Assembly (NCBI GenBank): GCA_030603395.1
Contig: JAUVXX010000002.1
Span: forward strand, 79,807-143,806
Direction of reading: 5' to 3'
DNA: 64,000 nucleotides
Source of the DNA: a bacterium
GTDB lineage: Bacteria > Patescibacteriota > Minisyncoccia > Minisyncoccales > CG1-02-41-26
Position 1 is the stretch's first letter; every line of letters starts with the position of its first letter. The notes under the pieces were generated by a model. The model saw only the letters and a list, made by a program, of their open reading frames with translations, did no database searches and had not been told where the DNA came from. Position numbers and translations under genes: made by a program. Positions 8,055-16,413 of the stretch are shown piece after piece.

Positions 8055-10371
8055 ATTTTCTAAGTTCCTCAATCTTTCTTACGACGTCCTCATTGCCAGG
8101 ATTGAGCTCCAAAACTTTCTCAAACTCTCTTAGGGCGGATTCGTTCTCTCCCCTTCTCTCGTAAGCCAATCCCAGAGAATAATGGGCATTAGCATGATTG
8201 GGAGCAAATCTTATTATCTGCTGAAAGAGGTCAACAGCTTCATCTATTCTGTCGGAATTGTAATAAAGCCGACCCAGCTGGAAAAGGACTTCGGTGTTAA
8301 AGGGGTAAAATTGCGCCAACGTTTCCATTCTTCTTATTGCCTCCTCTATCCTCTGCTCGCTCTCGTCCAATAAACTTAGCTGTAAATTGGCATCAAGGTA
8401 TTCTGGCATCAATTCAACGGCTCTCCTGAACAACTCCCTGGCCTCTGTTATTCGGTTGTCAATCACCTTAAGTTTCCCCAGTTCGGTCAAGAGAACCGGA
8501 TTTCTCGGTTCGAGAGCCAAGGCGTTTTCAAAACTTTTAGTCCCCCACTCCAAAGCTCCTTGAGCTACCCCCCTAATATCGCGATAAATAACCCCTAATG
8601 TTTCTTGCGCTGCCACTCTATTAGGGCTAAGTTCAGTGGCTGCTTTCCCTTCTGCCACGGCCAGAGCCACCATATTCCCTATGACCTGATTGTCGGGTGT
8701 CGATTTGGCGGCTTCTTGAGCAAATCTTTGGAGATAAGTTCTGGCTAAAACAATGTGGTAGGTGCCTCTCTTTTCAGCAAGCCGGGTGGCTTCTTCCAGG
8801 TTCTTGAGGTTCTGGGTGGGATTTACCAGATAACTTTTGTATTTAACATCAGCCAAATAATATTTCCCCAGGCTGAAAAAGCAAAAAGCAAATCCAATCA
8901 AAACCACCCAAAAGATAACGCTAAAAATCAAACCAACCTCCGGAAAGTCCTTGAAAGAATAAACTTTCTCCTTGGGAGTACGGTCCCAAGAAACCACAGT
9001 CAGGCCCAGAAACAACCAGAAGCTAAAAGCCAGAATAATGTTCTGGTAAAAAACGAACTGCCCTATGAACAAGACAACAAAGCCAAGTAATAACGGTATT
9101 TGGATTTTGGCTGCCCTATTGGACACCCCGTAGGGTTCTTTTGGATTTGATTTGTCGTTTGGATTTTGGCTTTTGGATTTTAATATCATTAGCGATATCA
9201 TCAAGAACATGCCTACCATCAAAAAATAACTCAAAATTCCCAGAATTCCTACTGTCCCAAAGATTTCAGCAATATGGTTGCCGGCTCTGTCAAATCTTAT
9301 TTGCCAAAACTCACTTTGCAGGAAATCTACCGATTTAAATTTAGCGAAAGTGTAACTGAAATTGCCGAGCCCGGCTCCTAAAACAAGGTGCTCTTTTAAC
9401 CCCTGTCCCGCAACGCTCCAGCTGGTTCCTTGCTCCAAAAGCACTTCGCTTGGTAAATTACTGAAGCTGGAATCCTGAGGCAAAAGACTCTGCAAAGGAT
9501 TAAACAAAAGGAAAATCAAAGCAATCAACAAAAAGAAAATTGACAAGCTCAGTCGCCCAACGTCCTCTTTAAACACTCTTTTCCAAAAGGCAAATCCCAG
9601 AAAGCAAAGCAAAGTCAAAAGTATCATCAGCCAGGCTGGCCAAAAGTCAGTTAGCATTAAGAGAAAAAGCGAAGCAAAGAGCAAGAGATAAAATCCGAGA
9701 TTACCTCTTTTCTCCCCCTTGCCCGCCGTAGCTCCCGCAGGAGCGGAGGCGGGTTTCTCTTTGAAAGCCAATAGGCCAATTACCAATACCGAAATAAATG
9801 CCAAAAATATTGCCAGCTGTTCAAGGGAACCCCCGATGCTGTTGAAAATCCGGAGTTTCATCAGCTGGGGGAATTGCCAGTTGCCGGGTATGACGTTTTC
9901 AATTCTCGCCCAAATTCCAAATAAAGAAAAATAACTTATTGAAACCGCCAAGAACGCCGACCAGAGAAAAACTTTGAGTAAACCACTTATTCTAATAAGT
10001 CCTTCCTTGGCTTTAACGTTATTGGTAATCAGGAAATAAAAACCTCCCAAAGACAAAATCCCCATTAACGACGGCCAAAACCTTCCATAGAAGCCGAGCA
10101 AACTGGTAATCTTATCCTGAGAGAACAAAGCGCTAAAAATCATCACCACCAAAAATCCCAGAACATAAAGGTCAAGCGGGGTCCGGCGGAACCTAATCTC
10201 TTTATCTTGAAAAATCATCTTGCCCAACCAGGCCAAAATGCCGATTGAGACCAAAATGAAAAGTAAATAACCTTTGTTAAACTCAAATGCCTCAAAGCTG
10301 AAAGACAGCCAGAAAAGAGGCATCAGAAAAACGAGCGCGTAAATACTGAGCTTTATAACTTTTTGCCACAT
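8053..10371 (-). CDS. O-antigen ligase/oligosaccharyltransferase-like polytopic membrane protein with C-terminal TPRs
   Basis: Many TM helices, LGAGLGNF and FDRAGN (Wzy_C-like, usual His absent), clear C-terminal TPRs. Start placed at ATG 10371. Confidence 0.75.
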   Translation of the reverse strand: MWQKVIKLSIYALVFLMPLFWLSFSFEAFEFNKGYLLFILVSIGILAWLGKMIFQDKEIRFRRTPLDLYVLGFLVVMIFSALFSQDKITSLLGFYGRFWPSLMGILSLGGFYFLITNNVKAKEGLIRISGLLKVFLWSAFLAVSISYFSLFGIWARIENVIPGNWQFPQLMKLRIFNSIGGSLEQLAIFLAFISVLVIGLLAFKEKPASAPAGATAGKGEKRGNLGFYLLLFASLFLLMLTDFWPAWLMILLTLLCFLGFAFWKRVFKEDVGRLSLSIFFLLIALIFLLFNPLQSLLPQDSSFSNLPSEVLLEQGTSWSVAGQGLKEHLVLGAGLGNFSYTFAKFKSVDFLQSEFWQIRFDRAGNHIAEIFGTVGILGILSYFLMVGMFLMISLMILKSKSQNPNDKSNPKEPYGVSNRAAKIQIPLLLGFVVLFIGQFVFYQNIILAFSFWLFLGLTVVSWDRTPKEKVYSFKDFPEVGLIFSVIFWVVLIGFAFCFFSLGKYYLADVKYKSYLVNPTQNLKNLEEATRLAEKRGTYHIVLARTYLQRFAQEAAKSTPDNQVIGNMVALAVAEGKAATELSPNRVAAQETLGVIYRDIRGVAQGALEWGTKSFENALALEPRNPVLLTELGKLKVIDNRITEARELFRRAVELMPEYLDANLQLSLLDESEQRIEEAIRRMETLAQFYPFNTEVLFQLGRLYYNSDRIDEAVDLFQQIIRFAPNHANAHYSLGLAYERRGENESALREFEKVLELNPGNEDVVRKIEELRK
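9142..9180. repeat. Heptamer-array arm translated in-frame in the ligase/TPR gene
   Basis: tggattt gatt tgtcgtt tggattt tggcttt tggattt encodes KSKSQNPNDKSNP. Confidence 0.75.
9718..9760. repeat. Palindromic mini-element (family A), in-frame
   Basis: CTTGCCCGCCGTAGCTCC-CGCA-GGAGCGGAGGCGGGTTTCTCT; encodes EKPASAPAGATAGK; similar copy at 34584-34620. Confidence 0.8.
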
Positions 10372-10380
10372 GAGCTTTTG

Positions 10381-10420
10381 CGATATTTCAATATATCGAT
10401 ATTTCGATATATCGAAATTC
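10381..10420. repeat. Five tandem degenerate octamers CRATATWT
   Basis: cgatattt caatatat cgatattt cgatatat cgaaattc, upstream of the ligase/TPR start. Confidence 0.7.
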
Positions 10421-10480
10421 AATTTAACGACTTATATTAATTATAACTTAATCAATTCAAAAAGCAAAGTTAAGAAATGA

Positions 10481-10554
10481 TGGCTGCGGGGCTAGGATTC
10501 GAACCTAGATCACGAGAGCCAGAATCTCGGGTGCGACCATTACACCACCCCGCA
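10481..10554 (-). tRNA. tRNA-Gln(CTG), CCA encoded
   Basis: Cloverleaf TGCGGGG...CGAGA-TTCTGGC-TCTCG...GGTTCGAATCC...CCCCGCAGCCA. Confidence 0.96.
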
Positions 10555-10557
10555 ATT

Positions 10558-11469
10558 TTAAACTTTTAAGTATTTGCGGACAGCCAGAAGAAAGGAAGTA
10601 ATTCCCAGACCGAGAGCAAAGACAAATTGGATTAGAAGCAAAGAAAGGAAATTTTCTTGGAAAAAAGTTAAAAAGTTAAAATCTAAAAGCCAGGTTTGTA
10701 ATCTTGAATTTAAGAAATTTAAGCTAGCGAAAAAGATTAAACTGGCTATACCAACAGCCAAAATTCCATAGATGATGCTTTGAACTAAAAAGGGGCCCCG
10801 GATAAACCAATTTGTTGCTCCTACCAGCCTCATGGTGCTGATCTCATCTTTTGAAGTGAAAATGGTCAATTTGACGGTATTGAAAGTAATAAGAATAACC
10901 AAAATTCCCAGGATTAAACTTAAGATAATGCCAGCCGTTTTAACGTTATTAATTATAGAAAAGAGCCGAACAATTACTTTTCTGTTTTGATAGTAAGAAA
11001 CTTTCTCAACTAAATTTTTAAAGGGACCTTCCACCAGGTAGTCGGAAATTTGAGCATAAAAGACAGGGTCTTTTGTTCTGATATTTAAAGAAGCCAAAAA
11101 GGGATTCTCCCCTACCTCTTCCAAAGCCTGAAGATAAAGCGGGTCATCCTGGTGTTTCTGGAGGAAAATTTCTTGAGCTTGAACTCTGGAGACGTATCGG
11201 ATGTCTTCTATGGCTGTTGAAAATTTATAAAGTCCTTGTTTAACTTCTAAAATATTATTTTCGGAAGTGTCTTTTTTGAAATAAACTGATATGTCAACTT
11301 TCTTTTGGGCTTCGGCAATTAAAAATTCGCTCAAGCCCTGAAAAAGGAAAAGTGAGATAACCACCAAGACGGCTACCGTCATAATAAAGATTACCTGGGA
11401 GCTCAAACCCTTATGCCGTAAAAATCCCTGCCAACCAAATTTGAAAATGCGTTTTAAAGACGTAAACAT
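10558..11469 (-). CDS. ftsX: Cell division permease-like protein FtsX
   Basis: 4-TM layout, ENPFLASL, EISTMRLVGATNWFIRGPF; lies after ftsE. Confidence 0.92.
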   Translation of the reverse strand: MFTSLKRIFKFGWQGFLRHKGLSSQVIFIMTVAVLVVISLFLFQGLSEFLIAEAQKKVDISVYFKKDTSENNILEVKQGLYKFSTAIEDIRYVSRVQAQEIFLQKHQDDPLYLQALEEVGENPFLASLNIRTKDPVFYAQISDYLVEGPFKNLVEKVSYYQNRKVIVRLFSIINNVKTAGIILSLILGILVILITFNTVKLTIFTSKDEISTMRLVGATNWFIRGPFLVQSIIYGILAVGIASLIFFASLNFLNSRLQTWLLDFNFLTFFQENFLSLLLIQFVFALGLGITSFLLAVRKYLKV

Positions 11470-11473
11470 AGTT

Positions 11474-11496
11474 TTACAGAGGACAGTCCTCTGTAA
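11474..11496. repeat. Perfect 23-bp palindrome (family C)
   Basis: TTACAGAGGAC-A-GTCCTCTGTAA fills the ftsE-ftsX gap. Confidence 0.85.
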
Positions 11497-11498
11497 TC

Positions 11499-12185
11499 TT
11501 AAAGGATGAATTTTCCCTGGGGGTCGTCGCGGATTAGTTTTCCTTCCTCCAGGGTAATTACTCTCCGATCTAAACCAATAATCACTTCTTTGTTATGGGT
11601 GGCTAAAATTATAGTGGTGCCCAGCCGATGGATTTTTTTAAAAAGATTGACAATCTCAAAAGTGTTGTAAAGGTCTAAGTTGCCAGTTGGCTCATCGGCC
11701 ACGATAACTTCCGGGCGATGGCAAAGAGCACGGGCGATGGCCAATCTTTGCTTCTCTCCCCCAGAAAGCTCCTCTGGGAAATTGGCAGCCCTCTCGGTCA
11801 AGCCCACTATATCTAAAATCTGAGGAACATCCCTTTGAATATCTCGGTCAGAAGCTCCGATAACCTGCATAACATAAGCAACATTTTCGGCAACCGTTTT
11901 CAAAGAAAGAAGCTTATAATCCTGGTGGACGACTCCGATTTTTCTCCTGAGTTTTTGGAGGTCCTTCTGGTTTCGGTGGATGCTCTTTCTCTCAAAAAAA
12001 ACTTCGCCCCGAGTTGGTTTTTCTTCCCCGATGAGTAAACGAATTAAGGTGGTCTTGCCAGCTCCGGACGTACCGGCGATAGAAACGAATTCTCCTTTTT
12101 GAACTTGAAAAGAAACATCTTGCAGAGCAACAATCGGTTTTCTGCTTGAGTGATAAATTTTGGTGACGGTCCTAAATAAAATCAT
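11499..12185 (-). CDS. ftsE: Cell division ATP-binding protein FtsE
   Basis: [25 protein letters not shown] and LATHN. True start is probably ATG 12185, overlapping the prfB end. Confidence 0.93.
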   Translation of the reverse strand: MILFRTVTKIYHSSRKPIVALQDVSFQVQKGEFVSIAGTSGAGKTTLIRLLIGEEKPTRGEVFFERKSIHRNQKDLQKLRRKIGVVHQDYKLLSLKTVAENVAYVMQVIGASDRDIQRDVPQILDIVGLTERAANFPEELSGGEKQRLAIARALCHRPEVIVADEPTGNLDLYNTFEIVNLFKKIHRLGTTIILATHNKEVIIGLDRRVITLEEGKLIRDDPQGKFIL

Positions 12186-13107
12186 GTAGTTTGGTTTCTG
12201 CTTCAATAAATTTATCCAAATTTCCGTCAAGAACTCCATCCACATCGCTTGTCTCAATATTGGTACGGTGGTCTTTGACGAGTTGGTAGGGATGGAAAAC
12301 ATAAGAACGTATTTGATTGCCAAATTCAGGAGAAACTCTCTTTCCTTTGATTTTTTCAAGCTCTTGCTGTTTCTCTCGCTGCCTCAGGTCAAACAATTTG
12401 GCAAGTAAAACCTGCAGAGCCCTCTTTCTGTTTTCTCCCTGCAGTCTTTCAACCTGACAAGCCACCTGCAAACCAGTTGGCAAATGGGTAATTCTAACAG
12501 CTGATTCCCTTCGATTAACATACTGACCTCCGGGGCCGGAGGCTCGGAAGGTCTCTGTCTTGAGGTCTTCTGGCCTGAGAGTAATTTTGGCTTCTTCTGG
12601 TGTTTCAATCTCTGGAATTATCTCAACCTTACTGAAAGAGGTGTGACGAAGTCCTTTGGCTGAAAAGGGAGAAATACGAACCAGTCTATGGACGCCGGTT
12701 TCTCTTTTTAAGATCCCGTAAACCCCCTTCCCTTTAATCTCCATGGTGATTGATTTAAGGCCGATTCTTCCTTCGGGCCCTCCACCTTCGGCAAAAGTCT
12801 GCGCCAAAATTTCCACCCTGAATCCTTTTTTGGAACAATATCTCTGATACATTTCAGCAAGCAAGGCTGTCCAATCTTCGGCATCCCTGCCGCCTGCTCC
12901 CGATTGAATAAAAAGAAGAACTGGTCCTTTGTCGTATTTCCCTCCGCTTTTCACGATTAGTTTAATCCTGTCTTTAAGCAAAGAGTATCTTTTTTGAATT
13001 TTTGCTGCCTCTTCTTTGTTTTGCCAAAAATCCGGCTTTCGCATCAGCGATTCAAGGTGCTTAACCTTTTCTGTCAATTCCTCAGTTTTTTCTTCAATTT
13101 CCCCCAT
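12172..13107 (-). CDS. prfB: Peptide chain release factor 2 with shortened N-terminal domain
   Basis: PDFW, GVHRLVRISPF (SPF tripeptide), RHTSF, GPGGQYVN and FGNQIRSY; prfB-ftsE-ftsX order. Confidence 0.93.
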   Translation of the reverse strand: MGEIEEKTEELTEKVKHLESLMRKPDFWQNKEEAAKIQKRYSLLKDRIKLIVKSGGKYDKGPVLLFIQSGAGGRDAEDWTALLAEMYQRYCSKKGFRVEILAQTFAEGGGPEGRIGLKSITMEIKGKGVYGILKRETGVHRLVRISPFSAKGLRHTSFSKVEIIPEIETPEEAKITLRPEDLKTETFRASGPGGQYVNRRESAVRITHLPTGLQVACQVERLQGENRKRALQVLLAKLFDLRQREKQQELEKIKGKRVSPEFGNQIRSYVFHPYQLVKDHRTNIETSDVDGVLDGNLDKFIEAETKLHDFI

Positions 13108-13152
13108 GTTCTTTTCTCTTTCTTTTTAGCATGTTTTAATGGAAATTAAAAG

Positions 13153-13225
13153 AGCCAGAGATCGGATTCGAACCGATGGCCTGAGCTTTACGAAAGCCCT
13201 GCTCTACCAACTGAGCTACTCTGGC
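13153..13225 (-). tRNA. tRNA-Thr(CGT), CCA not encoded
   Basis: GCCAGAGTAGCTCAGTTGGTAGAGC...GGGCT-TTCGTAA-AGCTC...GGTTCGAATCC...CTCTGGCT. Confidence 0.96.
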
Positions 13226-13240
13226 GTCGCAAGTGCTCGG

Positions 13241-13311
13241 AGCGGGATACCAGGATCGAACTGGCGTTTCTTCCTTGGGAAGGAAGTGTACTACCACTGT
13301 ACTAATCCCGC
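13241..13311 (-). tRNA. tRNA-Gly(CCC), CCA not fully encoded
   Basis: GCGGGATTAGTACAGTGGTAGTAC...CTTCC-TTCCCAA-GGAAG...GTTCGATCC...ATCCCGCT. Confidence 0.95.
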
Positions 13312-13312
13312 C

Positions 13313-13750
13313 TTACCTGATTTTTAATTTTTCCAACAACCAATCTGAAATTTTTCCCCAGAAGGTCTCCTCTTTGTCCTTCTCTCCTTCTTCTACCCTC
13401 TCTTTGAGCACAAAAGCAACAACTTTTTCTCCCTCCTCCTGAAGATTCAAGTCCTCACGAGCCACCTTTTCTAAATAGTCACCACTTTGGGCTCTTGAGA
13501 GCTTGGTGATTAATTCTTCTCTTCCTGCTTGGGATTTCTGGAGTTCTCCCTGAATGTTGGTCAATTCTCTTTGTAATTTAGCTCTTTCTCGGCCTATTTT
13601 CAAGTTCAAAGTTATCAGAAAAATCAGAAAAATTCCAGCCAGCACCACCAGAAATATTGAGAATAGTTCTTTCCATCGCCGTGGCTGACGAGAGACCCTT
13701 TTCTTTTTGTCTTTGAATCTCTTTTTAAATCTCTGAGAAAATGTTATCAT
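13313..13750 (-). CDS. Septum formation initiator (FtsB/DivIC-like)
   Basis: Basic N-tail, one TM helix, coiled coil and YLEKVAREDLNLQEEGEKV motif; start uncertain. Confidence 0.82.
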   Translation of the reverse strand: MITFSQRFKKRFKDKKKRVSRQPRRWKELFSIFLVVLAGIFLIFLITLNLKIGRERAKLQRELTNIQGELQKSQAGREELITKLSRAQSGDYLEKVAREDLNLQEEGEKVVAFVLKERVEEGEKDKEETFWGKISDWLLEKLKIR

Positions 13751-13757
13751 AAGAGTG

Positions 13758-13841
13758 ATGCGAGTCAAAGTTTTATTTAAGGCTTTTTGGATAGTAGTTG
13801 TTTCAATGATTGTGGTTAGTCTGATTCTTTCTTTATTTTAG
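13758..13841 (+). CDS. Putative 27-aa single-pass membrane microprotein (not in the ORF track)
   Basis: Manual translation MRVKVLFKAFWIVVVSMIVVSLILSLF*; fills the gap between murJ and the ftsB-like gene. Confidence 0.6.
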   Translation: MRVKVLFKAFWIVVVSMIVVSLILSLF

Positions 13842-13863
13842 GCTAACAAATTTTTAGATTTTC

Positions 13864-15549
13864 TCAACCCTTAAATTGTTTTTTAATGGAGAGCCAAATT
13901 ATTTTTGGCTCTTTTGATTTAAGAAGGAGGGAGAAAACAAGATAGACCCCTACTCCCCCAAATAGAGCTAAGAGGACCTGAAAGAAAATTCCAAAAAATG
14001 TCTCCAAATCAAGGAAGCTTGGGGAGATTCGCAGCCAGCCAAAGACCAAGATAATCATTAACAGGGTGGCTGTAAAAACTTTTTTCAGCCCCTGACTGAA
14101 ACGTGGCTGAAGGGTAAATTTTTTGAATTTCTTTTTTAGAAAAATAAAAAGGAGAAGAAATTGAAAGACGGAAGACAAAGAGAGAGCTAAGGGTAAGCCG
14201 AGAACGGAAATGTTTTTGACCTGGGATAGGTTGAGAGTCCCCGCTATAAAGTTTTCAAAAATGTTTGAGGTCCGGAAGAGCTTAACCAGGAAAAAACAGA
14301 GAGCAATGTTTAAAATCATAGATAAAATGGCGATTTTAACCGGAGTTTTGGTATCTTGCTGGGAGAAGAAAGCTCTGATTAAAAGCGGGGTGAGAGCCGC
14401 AGCAAAAAGCGCCAAGACAAATATTCCCAGGGCGGCTGAGGTCAATTGGGTTTCCCACCAGCTAAATTTCCCTTGACCCAAAATTGACGTCCCTAAAACT
14501 ATTCGGACGATACCGACCCTTAAAAGAAAAATTAAGAGACTCAGGGGAATTATCAAGAAAAGAATTCTGGAAAAAATATCAGAGAATTCTTTCAAAAAGT
14601 CCTCTTTTTTTCTCTGGACCCAGGCTTTAGCTAAGGCGGGGAAGGTGGCTACAGCAAAGGAAATGCCAATTAGCCCTATCGGTACTCCCTGGAGATTGTT
14701 GGCAAAGTTGAAAATAGTTAAAGAGCCCGGAACCAAGGTGGAAGCAATGGCCGTAACAACTATTAGATTTATATGGAAGGCGGCCGAACCTACAATTCGG
14801 GGAAGCATTAATCTAAAAATCTTTTGAAGACCGGGGTGTCTGAAATTAAAAGAGGGTTTAAAGCGGAAGCCAAATTTCAGAGCAGGGAAAATCTGTAAAA
14901 TTAGATGGAGAAAAGCCCCCGAAATAACTCCCAGGGCCAATCCCTTTAAACCAAAGATGGGAACTAAAAATAAAATTCCTGCAATGATTCCGACATTGTA
15001 AAAAATCGGAGCTAAAGCCAAAGCAAAAAATAAATTAAAGTACTGTAAAATTCCCGAGAAGATAGCTGAAATTCCCAAAAGAATTGGTGAGAAAAACATT
15101 AGACGAGTCAAGGCAACAACCAGTATTTTTTGCTCGGGAGAAAAACCGGGAACAATAAATCTAATCAGCTGAGGAGTGAAAACGGCCAATAAAGAACAGA
15201 GTGGAATTAACAGCAACAAAAAGAAGGTTAAGACATTGTTGGTTAAAACTTGAGCTTCAGCAGGGATAGTCCCTGTCTTGTCCCTGCTCTGTTTCTGCCC
15301 TGTCCCGAAGTATTCTGAGAAAACTGGCAAGAAAGCAGCCACAATTCCTCCGGTGATTAAAATTCCATAGATAAAATCAGGGATACGAAAAGCAGCAAAA
15401 TAAATATCGGTTTGCTGCTTACTAAAAAGATTGGCTAAAAGATTGTCGCGAAAAAGCCCCAACAGACGGCTAATCAATGCCGAGGAAGCGAGCAGTATGG
15501 CGGCAAAGGTAACGGTTTTTGTGGTGGAATTTAAAAAACGACTAAGCAT
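13864..15549 (-). CDS. murJ: Lipid II flippase MurJ
   Basis: SRLLGLFRD, YFAAFRIPD, AFLPVF, FPAL and DTKTP motifs. The ORF-track start lies inside rnpB, so the start is moved to 15549 (or 15558). Confidence 0.93.
   Translation of the reverse strand: MLSRFLNSTTKTVTFAAILLASSALISRLLGLFRDNLLANLFSKQQTDIYFAAFRIPDFIYGILITGGIVAAFLPVFSEYFGTGQKQSRDKTGTIPAEAQVLTNNVLTFFLLLLIPLCSLLAVFTPQLIRFIVPGFSPEQKILVVALTRLMFFSPILLGISAIFSGILQYFNLFFALALAPIFYNVGIIAGILFLVPIFGLKGLALGVISGAFLHLILQIFPALKFGFRFKPSFNFRHPGLQKIFRLMLPRIVGSAAFHINLIVVTAIASTLVPGSLTIFNFANNLQGVPIGLIGISFAVATFPALAKAWVQRKKEDFLKEFSDIFSRILFLIIPLSLLIFLLRVGIVRIVLGTSILGQGKFSWWETQLTSAALGIFVLALFAAALTPLLIRAFFSQQDTKTPVKIAILSMILNIALCFFLVKLFRTSNIFENFIAGTLNLSQVKNISVLGLPLALSLSSVFQFLLLFIFLKKKFKKFTLQPRFSQGLKKVFTATLLMIILVFGWLRISPSFLDLETFFGIFFQVLLALFGGVGVYLVFSLLLKSKEPKIIWLSIKKQFKG
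15261..15306. repeat. Palindrome plus degenerate 11-mer tandem, in-frame in murJ
   Basis: CAGGGA-TAG-TCCCTG overlapping TCCCTGTCTTG TCCCTGCTCTG TTTCTGCCCTG TCCC; encodes GTGQKQSRDKTGTIP. Confidence 0.65.
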
Positions 15550-15570
15550 TAATTTCATTGTATAAAAAAA

Positions 15571-15915
15571 AGTCCAAGCAGGCAATAAGCCGAATTCTGT
15601 CGAGGACAATCATTTGTCTGGGCCAAAGATTACTCCCTGGCTCTAGCGAGCTACTTTTCCAAAAGCTTCATGATAATCCACGAAACCTTTGATTTGCTCT
15701 TGCGCCCGATAAGGATTTAGCCGTTTCACTCCCCGATTACTCGAGGACTACCCCGTCATACGACGGGGTGCTCGGCCTTTCGGCCCAGCACGTCACTGTT
15801 CGCACCTCTACCATTACTGGCGACGGCTGTTAGCCGCTATCTTTTTTTATGGGTGTTCGGACTTTCCTCCCTTCACCATAAATGATGAAGAGCGATTGCC
15901 TCGCCTACTTGGACT
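15571..15915 (-). ncRNA. rnpB: RNase P RNA
   Basis: P4 motifs GAGGAAAGTCCG and ACAGAATTCGGCTTA, TGAAACG in the S-domain, and P1 AGTCCAAGTAGGC/GCCTGCTTGGACT. Confidence 0.96.
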
Positions 15916-15920
15916 CTTCC

Positions 15921-15949
15921 ATAATAGCAAAAAAATACTCCCCTGTCAA
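15921..15949 (-). promoter_or_regulatory. Sigma70-type promoter of rnpB
   Basis: TTGACA-17 bp-TATTAT with a TG extension, just upstream of P1. Confidence 0.8.
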
Positions 15950-15969
15950 ACAGAGGTCTGTCCTCTGTT
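15949..15969. repeat. Family C palindrome
   Basis: AACAGAGG-TCTGT-CCTCTGTT; the reverse complement matches the 11476-11494 core at 18 of 19 positions. Confidence 0.8.
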
Positions 15970-15971
15970 AG

Positions 15972-16409
15972 TTAGAGGAGTTTTTGAGAACGGGATTCTC
16001 CGTCAAGAACTTCGTTAACTAACTGGTCAGCCAGTTTATTTTGAGTTCTGGCAATCAAACTGAACTTTAAGTTTTTGAAATCTATCTTTAGATTCCACGC
16101 TTTCAAAAAGAGGTTTTGAATTTTGGGCTCTTTTATTTTGTACTCGCCCCTCATTTGTTTAATTAAAAGCTCTGAATCAGATTTTATCTCTATGGGTATC
16201 TTTTTTATCTTCTCTTTACCTAAAAGAGCCTTGGCTTTTTTAAGGGCAAAAATTAACCCCTGGTATTCTGCCTCATTATTGGTGGCTTCCCCAAGATATT
16301 GAGAATATTCCTTAAAAACCTTCTCTTCTCTGAAGAAAATCACCGCAAAAGCAGCCGGACCCGGGTTATCGCGAGAGCCGCCGTCAATGTAGATTATAAT
16401 TTTGGACAT
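15972..16409 (-). CDS. rnhA: Ribonuclease HI family protein
   Basis: YIDGGSR.NPGPA, TNNEAEY, SDSEL and N..AD.L acidic motifs; start moved to MSKII. Confidence 0.9.
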   Translation of the reverse strand: MSKIIIYIDGGSRDNPGPAAFAVIFFREEKVFKEYSQYLGEATNNEAEYQGLIFALKKAKALLGKEKIKKIPIEIKSDSELLIKQMRGEYKIKEPKIQNLFLKAWNLKIDFKNLKFSLIARTQNKLADQLVNEVLDGESRSQKLL

Positions 16410-16413
16410 TGTA

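Noticed and set aside
12186..12359. N-terminal extension of FtsE in the ORF track
   Set aside because: It overlaps the conserved prfB C-terminus; FtsE homology begins at ATG 12185.
13139..13442. ORFs 13139-13327 and 13233-13442
   Set aside because: They are antisense to tRNA-Thr and tRNA-Gly.
15559..15609. MurJ start at 15609
   Set aside because: It lies inside the 3' end of RNase P RNA.
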